32,000 nucleotides of DNA from positions 1 through 32,000 of the forward strand of contig CAZECW010000062.1 in the NCBI GenBank assembly GCA_964510585.1, read 5' to 3'. The translations under genes and the position numbers were made by a program. Numbering within the stretch: the first letter of the stretch is position 1; each line of letters opens with the position of its first letter. The DNA is from an uncultured archaeon (GTDB taxonomy: Archaea; Asgardarchaeota; Jordiarchaeia; Jordiarchaeales; Jordiarchaeaceae). This document shows positions 1 through 8,007 of the stretch, piece after piece. The notes under the pieces are model-generated. The model ran no database searches. It saw only the letters and a program-made list of their open reading frames with translations, and was not told the DNA's origin.

Positions 1-137
1 TGCGTCTTGTTTAGCCTCCTTGAGCCCAAGCCAAACCCTTCAGCTACCAACAACTATTTATATACCATACTTTCAAATAAACTTTCTGGCGATTCATCCC
101 CACGACTTGAAGTCGGGGGCTTTCTCGCCAAGGTTTT
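1..137 (-). mobile_element. Partial non-autonomous IS200/IS605-family element (PATE-like), left end; truncated by window start
   Basis: Reverse complement of 1-137 matches 12381-12516 with 8 substitutions and 1 indel. Bulged left-end hairpin at 98-119, AAAG guide at 120-123 (minus strand), TTAC cleavage tetranucleotide at 138-141 (minus strand). Confidence 0.85.
57..64. promoter_or_regulatory. TATA-box-like motif inside the element (TTTATATA on +, TATATAAA on -)
   Basis: Matches the archaeal TATA consensus in either orientation; direction and activity unknown. Confidence 0.3.
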
Positions 138-168
138 GTAAGAATACAAAAGAAGAGGTAAGGGAAAA

Positions 169-414
169 TTGAGCCGCCCCAAACTAAGTATTGAGGAGAT
201 ACGTAGGAAGTATCAAAGGGCTCGGCGTGAAAAGATTAATTTTGACCTTTTGTCTTTTAAGCGAGAACTTGAGTACTTCATAGATGATTTGAAAGCTTCT
301 GACAGAAGGGACGAAAAACTGGTGACCGAGGCACAGGACATGCTCATTGATTTGATACAGATTATTGAGGAGAGCCATTGCCAACCATTCAAAACCAAAA
401 TACTCCAGTTTTGA
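169..414 (+). CDS. Small charged helical hypothetical protein (81 aa)
   Basis: TTG start after purine-rich GAGGTAAGGG; amphipathic, charged composition; no recognised family. Confidence 0.45.
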   Translation: MSRPKLSIEEIRRKYQRARREKINFDLLSFKRELEYFIDDLKASDRRDEKLVTEAQDMLIDLIQIIEESHCQPFKTKILQF

Positions 415-701
415 TTCACTAAATTAGAAAATTACAGAATCATGAGATAGAGGAGTCAACCTCGCGAAGTAATAGGGGACTAACCATTTTCCTACCCGTG
501 TTGTCAAAACCTGAATGGAATCAGAGGTGGAGAAAAGGGAGTTGAAAAAGCAATATTGTGAGAATTCATGTTTGTCGGTTTAAAAGGTGTTACTGATTTC
601 TCAATTTTGCAGATAGTTCCTAGAAGTGTATTTTTATGAGTTTGTTATGAGGTGATTAGTAATCTTTAATTTTACCTTGGGGCAAATATTTAGCACAGGG
701 T

Positions 702-2447
702 ATGGAGTATAGATTTAGAGGAGGCTTTGAGACGAAGAATTTTGAGGTTGCCAATATTCTTAAGGAGATAGCTGTTTTTCTGGAAATGGATGATGTGCAG
801 TTTAAACCTAGGGCTTATGAGAAGGCTGCCAGATCCATTGAGGCTTTGCAGGAGGATGTGGAGGAAATCTACAGAAAGGGTGGAATCAAGGCTCTGATGG
901 AAATTCCCGGAGTTGGTAAGAGTATTGCTGAAAAAATAGAGGAACTGATAAAAACGGGAAAGATTAAGTACCATGAGGAGTTAAAGGAGAAGGTTCCAGT
1001 AGATTTGGAAAGCCTCTCCGGGATAGAGGGTCTGGGGCCCAAAACTATCAAGACCCTCTGGCAAGAATTGAAAATCAGGAACATAGAGGACTTGGAAAAG
1101 GCCGCCTTGGCCCACAAGATTTGTAAGTTGCCCGGTTTTAAGGAGAAGACTGAGCAGAATATTTTGAAGGGAATAGAATTCGCCAAGAGGAGTAAGGGAA
1201 GATACATTTTAGGTTTCACCCTGCCCCTAATTCGGGACATAGAAAATAGATTGAAGTCGTTGCCGGAGACAAAGAGGGTTGTAGTGTCCGGCTCTGTGAG
1301 GAGAATGAAGGAGACAATTGGCGACGCCGACTTCCTCGTAATATCGGATAATCCAAAAAGGGTGATGGATTATTTTGTTTCCATGCCAGAAGTCATAGAT
1401 ATTATTGGGAAGGGCGAAACCAAATCCTCGGTGAAACTGAAAACGGGTATGGATGTTGATGTTAGGGTGGTGCCCGAAGAAAGCTTCGGAGCAGCTTTGC
1501 AATATTTTACGGGTAGCAAAGACCACAATGTTGCCCTCAGAAGAATTGCGCAGGAAAAGGGGTGGAAACTAAGCGAGTACGGCTTGTTTGAAGGAGAAAA
1601 ACAGATAGCTGGCAGAACGGAGGAAGAAATCTATGAGAAACTGGGACTACAATGGATTCCCCCAGAGTTGAGGGAGAACACTGGAGAAATAGAGGCTGCA
1701 AAGAAAAACAAACTCCCAAAACTGATTGGCTACAATGATTTGAAGGGCGATTTACAAGTCCACTCCAATTGGACTGATGGAGTCAACACCATAAGGGAGA
1801 TGGCTGAGGAAGCCAAGAAACTGGGACTGGAATACATTGTGATATCCGACCACTCCAAATCCCTAGCCATGACCGGCGGGCTAGACGAAAAAATGTTGTT
1901 AAAACAGGGAAAAGAGATAGACGCAATAAATGAGCAGATTTCTGGAATAAGGATTCTTAAAGGCGTAGAATTAAACATTTTAAAGGATGGAAGCCTAGAC
2001 ATATCAGACGAAACCCTGGAAGAATTGGATGTGGTCAGCGCCGGAATACACTCCCAATTTAAACAAAGTAGGGAAGAAATGACCAGCAGAGTCCTGAAGG
2101 CAATTGAGAACCCAAACCTAGACATTCTCTGCCACCCCACCACCAGAGAAATACAGAAAAGAGACCCCGTTCCACTAGACATGGACAAAATAATTGAAGC
2201 CGCAAAGGACAATGGAACAATTCTAGACATAGACTCCTACCCCGACAGATTAGACCTAAAAGACGAATACATAAGGAAAGCAGTGGAGGTAGGAGCAAAA
2301 CTCGGAATAAGCTCAGACGCACACAGCAAACCCCACCTACACTACCTAGAGCTGGGAATCGCCCAAGCAAGAAGAGGCTGGGCCACAGCCAAAGACATCG
2401 TCAACACCAGAAAAATAGATGAATTCCTAAAGCTGATAAAGTCTTGA
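702..2447 (+). CDS. polX: DNA polymerase X family with C-terminal PHP domain
   Basis: N-terminal 8-kDa/HhH region (IPGVGKSIAEKI, IEGLGPKT), GSVRRMKETIGDAD catalytic motif, third Asp in DVDVRVV, YFTGSKDHN, PHP motifs DLQVHSNWTDG, ISDHS, HPT, SSDAH. Confidence 0.95.
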   Translation: MEYRFRGGFETKNFEVANILKEIAVFLEMDDVQFKPRAYEKAARSIEALQEDVEEIYRKGGIKALMEIPGVGKSIAEKIEELIKTGKIKYHEELKEKVPVDLESLSGIEGLGPKTIKTLWQELKIRNIEDLEKAALAHKICKLPGFKEKTEQNILKGIEFAKRSKGRYILGFTLPLIRDIENRLKSLPETKRVVVSGSVRRMKETIGDADFLVISDNPKRVMDYFVSMPEVIDIIGKGETKSSVKLKTGMDVDVRVVPEESFGAALQYFTGSKDHNVALRRIAQEKGWKLSEYGLFEGEKQIAGRTEEEIYEKLGLQWIPPELRENTGEIEAAKKNKLPKLIGYNDLKGDLQVHSNWTDGVNTIREMAEEAKKLGLEYIVISDHSKSLAMTGGLDEKMLLKQGKEIDAINEQISGIRILKGVELNILKDGSLDISDETLEELDVVSAGIHSQFKQSREEMTSRVLKAIENPNLDILCHPTTREIQKRDPVPLDMDKIIEAAKDNGTILDIDSYPDRLDLKDEYIRKAVEVGAKLGISSDAHSKPHLHYLELGIAQARRGWATAKDIVNTRKIDEFLKLIKS

Positions 2448-2817
2448 ATAAAAACAGCACTAAAACCGTACTTGTCCAAATTGAAGCATCGAGTAACAAA
2501 AACTATACAGCTACGCTAATAGTTGAGTGATGGAGTTAAATGGCTTCCACCCAAAATTGGCATGACCTAAACACCGTTTTTACTTTTTTTATAAATACTC
2601 ATTATTTTTTTCCATAAGGTGGGGACGCTTCATTTTTCTAGTAAAAGTTTTGTTCTAACGCCTGTTGGAGCAAAAGTATTAGGGCGAGTTGTTGCTAAAG
2701 GTTAAGATGTATTTTATAGAATTTTATTTATCTAGATGGAATCGGCCAGTACATCCCGAGTTTTAAAAAAATTAAATGTATGAATTAGAAAAAAAGGAGA
2801 ATTTTGATGGTTTGGTT

Positions 2818-4080
2818 TTATTTTGCTATCCATAGGTCGCGTGGGAAGTCTTTGGTTAGGATTTCGGGTCCGTGTTTTGTCACTAGTACAATGTCTTCGG
2901 GCATTGCTCCTACCAGCCGCATTTCTAGGTCGAAGGCTCCCACCTCGACGCAGAACACCATATTTTCCTTTACTATGGTGGGATTGTCGGGTATAATCCA
3001 TGGTGGTTCGTGATTTGATAAACCCATACCATGTCCTACGAAGTTTATTATGTGCATCTGCATGGGGTCCTTTTTCTTTAACGCTTCAACTGAGGCTTTG
3101 TGAGCGTCTCCCACTTTTGCCCCTGGTACCAGAGCATCTATGGCTGCCTGTTCACCTTCTATGGCAAGTTTGCTTAGTTCCACCTGTTTTTGTGGCGGGT
3201 CACCCACATAGAAGGTTCTTTGCCAATCCATCTGGTAGCCTTTATAGGTGGGTCCGCAGTCACTAATCCCCATGTCTCCCTCCTTTATGATGCGGTCTAC
3301 AGGTCCTGTTATCCACCTGAATACCCCTCCTTCCTCCTCAGCATTGCTTGTCCAACATAGCCAGGTTGAACAGTTTGGGGACTCAAGGAGGTCTTGTTCG
3401 GCGCAGGCTTTCCAGAAGGCTCTGTGTACATCCAGCTCGTTTACTCCGGGTTTGATGGTTTCAAAGGCCGCTCTAAGAACTTTTACTGACCTCTTGCATC
3501 CTTCACGGATGATTCCGATTTCGTATGGTGTTTTTTGGCTCCTCTGCTCCCAAATGACTGGGTCTGCAGCTACTATTTTTGCGTGTGGCAATCTTTTGTT
3601 TAGGAGGTCGTATTCTTCAAATGAAAGGTAGGTGTCTATGTCGGGTCCCTTTTCGATACCAATTGTTCCTCTATCCAGTTTCAGTTCTTTTAGGGTGTCT
3701 AGCAGTAATTGCCAAAACTCGCTTGGTACCCTTTGCCCAGTTAGAAAGGAAGCCAATAATTGTCCGCCCTCAGTTTCACTCCAGAAGCGGTTTTCCTCAA
3801 CATAGGTTGTTAGTAGATTCTGCCAGTAGAATGCTCCATGACAAACATTTATGGGATTGTGGTCTCTTGGTATAATCATGCAGGAGCGCCACACCCAGTT
3901 GTGCATCTGTGCCACATCAGTCCATCCGCCATAGTATCGCCAGTTTATGGGCGAGAATAGGATCATAGCATCCATATTGTGCTTGGCTAATAGTTCTCTG
4001 GCTGTTTGGATACGTTTCTTATATTCTGAGTAGGGCATTGTCTCCCATTTTTTCTTAGCTACCTCTCCCTTTTCAACCAT
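2818..4080 (-). CDS. Xaa-Pro peptidase family (M24B) with N-terminal creatinase domain
   Basis: Metal ligands present: DCGPTYKGYQMD (two Asp), GHGMGLSNHE, CVEVG, PEDIVLVT. Start placed at ATG 4080 behind GGTGAG; the ORF track extends to 4143. Confidence 0.9.
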   Translation of the reverse strand: MVEKGEVAKKKWETMPYSEYKKRIQTARELLAKHNMDAMILFSPINWRYYGGWTDVAQMHNWVWRSCMIIPRDHNPINVCHGAFYWQNLLTTYVEENRFWSETEGGQLLASFLTGQRVPSEFWQLLLDTLKELKLDRGTIGIEKGPDIDTYLSFEEYDLLNKRLPHAKIVAADPVIWEQRSQKTPYEIGIIREGCKRSVKVLRAAFETIKPGVNELDVHRAFWKACAEQDLLESPNCSTWLCWTSNAEEEGGVFRWITGPVDRIIKEGDMGISDCGPTYKGYQMDWQRTFYVGDPPQKQVELSKLAIEGEQAAIDALVPGAKVGDAHKASVEALKKKDPMQMHIINFVGHGMGLSNHEPPWIIPDNPTIVKENMVFCVEVGAFDLEMRLVGAMPEDIVLVTKHGPEILTKDFPRDLWIAK

Positions 4081-4479
4081 TTTAAACTCACCCATTTTTT
4101 GCCTATTCTCTGATAAGAAATGTCTAAAAAAGTCTAAAACCAATCGTTATTTCATACTTTTAATGGATATACAAGTTAAATTAACTTTTGCTAATTGTGG
4201 CTATTTAAATCCAAGCGCCCAATATTACAATCAGTGATTTATAAACAATGAAATAGCACTTGCTTTAAGAATTATCTAAAACCTTTATTTTTTTAAATAA
4301 ATCCAATTTTTAAGAAGGATGATAGAAAAATTTTTTACATTATTTTTATATAAACTTATACAAAAAAGTGATAAAATTCGTAGCTTAACGATAGAATAGT
4401 TGATTATCAGTAAAGTGAAAACATATCCGAGGGCTTTGTAAACGATCTACCAAACGAAAAATTTTTGGGTAAGGCAACA

Positions 4480-5871
4480 ATGTTAAGCAAAAAGTTGAGT
4501 TGGAAATTCAAAATAAGAAGTAGGAAACAATTATTGGATTTAACGCTATTAGCTTTGATTTTCATTTCCTCACTCATAATAATCCAGTTATTAACGATTC
4601 CTTGGGGAAATCCGTATGCTGGACAAGGACTATTTAAAAGCGGTCAGAGCATAGCTAACTACCCTAAAGATAGTATATACCTTTATCCGTTCAGTAATGA
4701 TAGTGATGTGGATAATAGTAAAAGTATCGGTTCCCACTCCTATTTTCCGAATTTAGCTATAGCAGGGGAATACGATACAATTAAAGAGAGCAACACCGCG
4801 AATGCAAATATACAAATACTAGTGCCAAACGGACCGGGAGACTATACGGAACTTTATGCTTATAGTTCAATCGGCTTAAAACATAATTGGGAATGCACCT
4901 ATTCTTCTGATGGTGATGCATCCTATGTTTATTATAATAATACTGATTGGAAAGGGGACCTATACAACATTACAGACCCTAATCCAACTGGAAGCGGAAT
5001 TATAAACTGGGTTAGAGTTGGCATAAGTGTTATAACTATTCGTTCATCCCCCAATCTAAAGGGAGATGCAGAAATTCGGGTTCTTGCTGGATCAACATTG
5101 TTTAATTATTCTGGCTACAATAACATTCCAACATCTTATACAAATTACTCAGTACTTCTTGAGGAAAGTCCAAGTACAGATGATTCTTGGACGTGGGATG
5201 AATTGGAAAACCTACAGGTAGGAGTTGCTCTTAGGCTGAGGAATACTCCTCAGAGTGGTGATATGGTAAGGTGTACTTTTGTTTGGGTAGAAGTAAATTA
5301 TACTATACCTAATTATGAGTTGGATTTAGAGCTTCAATGGAGTGGCGTTCCTGCGACCACATCTAATGGTGATTTATGCATAAAAACAGCAGTTTTTTCA
5401 GGTAATGAGAAACTTAGTGTAGAGTACTGGAATGGCGGTAATTGGATTAAAGCTATTGATAATTTGGTAGAGAATCAGTGGAATAACGTTTCATTGAATA
5501 TCAATGATTCAGTCTTAACTATCCGATTCAAAGGATTGAATGAAACTCAGGATACAATCCAAGACTATTGGGAAATTGATTTATGCCTCATATCTATAAA
5601 TTATAATCCACAAGCTATTTATCTAGAACAATTATTTTTACTGCTTTTCGGTAGCTTTTTGTTTGGGGGTGGAAGTCAGCCTAGTTTACCATTTACTGCT
5701 TTTATTGTGGGTTCTGCTGCTTTAGTTTCCATTTTAGGTCTCGTTGTAAGGTATTCTTACTTTTCGGGAGAGGCGGTTTCTTTTAGGAGAAAGCGAATAA
5801 GGCAGTTGGAGGAGGCTAGGAAGAGGGTTCAGAGAGCTTTGGAGGATGTTGGCGATGGAGGAACGTCTTAA
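4480..5871 (+). CDS. Membrane-anchored protein with large predicted extracellular, beta-rich glycosylated domain and basic C-terminal tail
   Basis: Hydrophobic N-terminal segment (LTLLALIFISSLIIIQLL), 9 N-x-S/T sequons, one or two C-terminal hydrophobic segments, tail RRKRIRQLEEARKR. ATG at 4480 (alternative TTG at 4465). Confidence 0.8.
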   Translation: MLSKKLSWKFKIRSRKQLLDLTLLALIFISSLIIIQLLTIPWGNPYAGQGLFKSGQSIANYPKDSIYLYPFSNDSDVDNSKSIGSHSYFPNLAIAGEYDTIKESNTANANIQILVPNGPGDYTELYAYSSIGLKHNWECTYSSDGDASYVYYNNTDWKGDLYNITDPNPTGSGIINWVRVGISVITIRSSPNLKGDAEIRVLAGSTLFNYSGYNNIPTSYTNYSVLLEESPSTDDSWTWDELENLQVGVALRLRNTPQSGDMVRCTFVWVEVNYTIPNYELDLELQWSGVPATTSNGDLCIKTAVFSGNEKLSVEYWNGGNWIKAIDNLVENQWNNVSLNINDSVLTIRFKGLNETQDTIQDYWEIDLCLISINYNPQAIYLEQLFLLLFGSFLFGGGSQPSLPFTAFIVGSAALVSILGLVVRYSYFSGEAVSFRRKRIRQLEEARKRVQRALEDVGDGGTS

Positions 5872-6907
5872 GATATTGGTGATGGGGCCTACTGGTGCTG
5901 GGAAAACGTCCATAATTAAGCAAGTGATGTATGGATTGGAGTCAAGGGAACTTGAACATATGGAGCCAACTATGCTGGTCAGGGTTCATCCAGATCATAA
6001 ACACGGGAATTATATTTGCAAATTTTTCGACACTGGGGGGCAAGAAAGAATGTTTGAGGAATATTACCGTCCCGAGAGGGAGGAATTTATTTTCAGCAAA
6101 GTGGATATTTTCATTTATGTCGTTGATTCGGGTGATGTTAATAGGATTCGTCTTGCGAGGAAGGAATTTTGGAGGTCTATTAGTAGGGTTACCAAGTATT
6201 CTCCTCAAGCTTTACCTGTGGTTTTTGCACATAAACAGGATTTGAGGGTTCACTTACCGCCGGATGAAGTAAGGAACGTTCTAATTGGACCAAGTGAAAT
6301 AATGTACCAAGAGTTTCTTCCTAGAGACCCTTGGGAAAGAAGACAGGTAGAGAAGATGGTGAAGAGAATCAATGTTTATGGCACTTCAATTATGGATCCT
6401 GTTAGTGTTACTGGTGGGCGTGTTGATTACTGGAAGAGGGCTGACGAAGCCGTTATTGAGGTTATAGAGGAGTATAAGAGAGTTATCAAAGAGGGTATCG
6501 TGCTGGGCGTAGAAGCAAGAAAATTGTACCCTGAAGAATTTTTGAATAGTCTTACATCTTTGCTTAGGGATTTAGACCGTATCTCAGGTTTTGTGGGAAG
6601 TGTGGTTTTGGATAAAACGAATAATTTGGTTATTGCGACAACTCTTAGAGAGAGTGAACTTAAGGATACAGTGTTGGGAAATATAGTAGCTCATGCTGCT
6701 TTAATTCTGGAGGAAAGCGAAGGAGTTTTTAAAAAGGCTGTTATTCTTAGGTTGGAAGGTTTATTAATTGTCCTTAAAAGTGTAAACAAAGAAGTAGCCT
6801 TTTTAACTGCATTTCCAGACAGTAAACTGATTGATGAGGAAGAATTACGTATATTGGTTGAAAAATTCGTGGAAAAAATTTCGGATCTTTTTAAAAATGT
6901 AAGTTAA
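5855..6907 (+). CDS. Rag/Gtr1-like small GTPase with C-terminal roadblock domain
   Basis: G1 GPTGAGKT, G2 Thr (EPTM), G3 DTGGQ, G4 HKQD, G5 TSIMD, plus Rag-like segments IFSKVDIFIYVVD and KYSP. The last ~125 aa follow the roadblock alpha-beta-beta-alpha-beta-beta-beta-alpha pattern. ATG 5855 lies 9 nt after GGAGG (alternative ATG 5846). Confidence 0.88.
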   Translation: MEERLKILVMGPTGAGKTSIIKQVMYGLESRELEHMEPTMLVRVHPDHKHGNYICKFFDTGGQERMFEEYYRPEREEFIFSKVDIFIYVVDSGDVNRIRLARKEFWRSISRVTKYSPQALPVVFAHKQDLRVHLPPDEVRNVLIGPSEIMYQEFLPRDPWERRQVEKMVKRINVYGTSIMDPVSVTGGRVDYWKRADEAVIEVIEEYKRVIKEGIVLGVEARKLYPEEFLNSLTSLLRDLDRISGFVGSVVLDKTNNLVIATTLRESELKDTVLGNIVAHAALILEESEGVFKKAVILRLEGLLIVLKSVNKEVAFLTAFPDSKLIDEEELRILVEKFVEKISDLFKNVS

Positions 6908-6921
6908 TTCGGGGGAAACGG

Positions 6922-7896
6922 ATGCCGAAGGGAGTTTTCATCACCTATTTTGACGCTGTTGAGGGTGTTGTGCTAAAACCAGAATACGTGTATATAAGAG
7001 ATGGGACACAGGTAACGGAGGGTTTGGCTCAACAGTTATACTTTGCACATTCTACTGGGGAGACCAGAGATTATCTTGAAATGAAGGTGGGAAACATTAA
7101 AGTTGCGAGCTACTACTCTGGAATGGTTCCCAAGTCTCGCAATCAGATATGTATAGCGCTTCTCCTTGAAGAGAAGGAGATGGGAGTAGCCTATAAGGCG
7201 TTTCTTAAAACTAAGGCCGCAGAAATAGTTAAACTCTTGGATAATGACCGTGAAATCAAAATCCAAGAAGTCTACAAAGAACTGGAGAAAAGGGAAAAAA
7301 TAGTGGACAGGACGCACCTCATGATAAGGTTATTAGCAGACGAGGAAACTTGGAAGAGCCTAGCCGCACTCAGAGAAGGGAAAACGGTGGACACATCAAT
7401 CTTGTCCCATCTAAAAAGGTTAGAACTTGTATCTCAAAAGGGTGATGGAGAGAAAAAGTTTGAAGTTATGAAAATAAGGGCCTTCAAAGCCCCCTCAGAC
7501 TCCATAATAGAAGCTTTAGAAAAGGGAAAAGTGCCTCCAAACATAAGGTCTGAGGTTGGCAAAGAAGTGATAAACACAATAGATGAACTCCGGACAAAAA
7601 TAAAACAGGAAATAGAAGAGAGACCAATAGAAATTCTTGAACCCCTAGTGAACTCAGTAAACTACCAAATAGTTAAAATTCTTGAAGAGGAAGGAATAAC
7701 CTCAATAAAAAACCTGGCAAAAAGAATAGGGGTTGAGGAGGAAACCATCCTGTACCACATAGAACACCTAAAAAACAGTAGGCTCGCAGACTACGCACAA
7801 GAATACGCCTACCCGCTACTAAAAGTAACAATAGAAACAAAACCCGAGGAAAAAACCTTCGCCAGAAGAATAAAAAATTTGCTCAAAAAACGCTAG
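6922..7896 (+). CDS. Longin/uDENN-like domain plus winged-helix domains (NPRL2-like architecture)
   Basis: N-terminal GVFITYFDAVEG...KVASYYSG...ICIALLLE longin pattern; C-terminal wHTH (YQIVKILEEEGITSIKNLAKRIGVEEETILYHIEHL); 14 nt downstream of the GTPase with a GGGGGA ribosome-binding motif. Confidence 0.7.
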   Translation: MPKGVFITYFDAVEGVVLKPEYVYIRDGTQVTEGLAQQLYFAHSTGETRDYLEMKVGNIKVASYYSGMVPKSRNQICIALLLEEKEMGVAYKAFLKTKAAEIVKLLDNDREIKIQEVYKELEKREKIVDRTHLMIRLLADEETWKSLAALREGKTVDTSILSHLKRLELVSQKGDGEKKFEVMKIRAFKAPSDSIIEALEKGKVPPNIRSEVGKEVINTIDELRTKIKQEIEERPIEILEPLVNSVNYQIVKILEEEGITSIKNLAKRIGVEEETILYHIEHLKNSRLADYAQEYAYPLLKVTIETKPEEKTFARRIKNLLKKR

Positions 7897-8007
7897 AACA
7901 AAAAGAACTGAGAGAAATAAGGTTGAACGTAGTTAGTTAAAGCCTTGTCAGGAACCCTAATCCTGATTTCTGGGAATTAAGGATGTAGAGAAAAAAATTT
8001 TTCAGTT

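Noticed and set aside
1750-1785. PHP motif reads QVH instead of HxH, suggesting an inactive PHP domain
   Set aside because: The QxH variant occurs in characterised PolX proteins such as Thermus thermophilus PolX, and the other metal ligands are present.
2732-3875. Several 70-130 aa ORFs overlapping the M24 peptidase gene
   Set aside because: They are antisense or alternate-frame shadows of a well-supported gene, with no recognisable motifs. The same applies to the many short ORFs inside polX, ior, hydA, rbcL, the CrtI-like genes and the 1812-aa gene.
2818-4480. Peptidase divergently placed next to the Rag-like unit, suggesting amino acid sensing
   Set aside because: Adjacency alone is weak evidence in a peptide-fermenting genome; no shared regulatory motif was found in the intergenic region.
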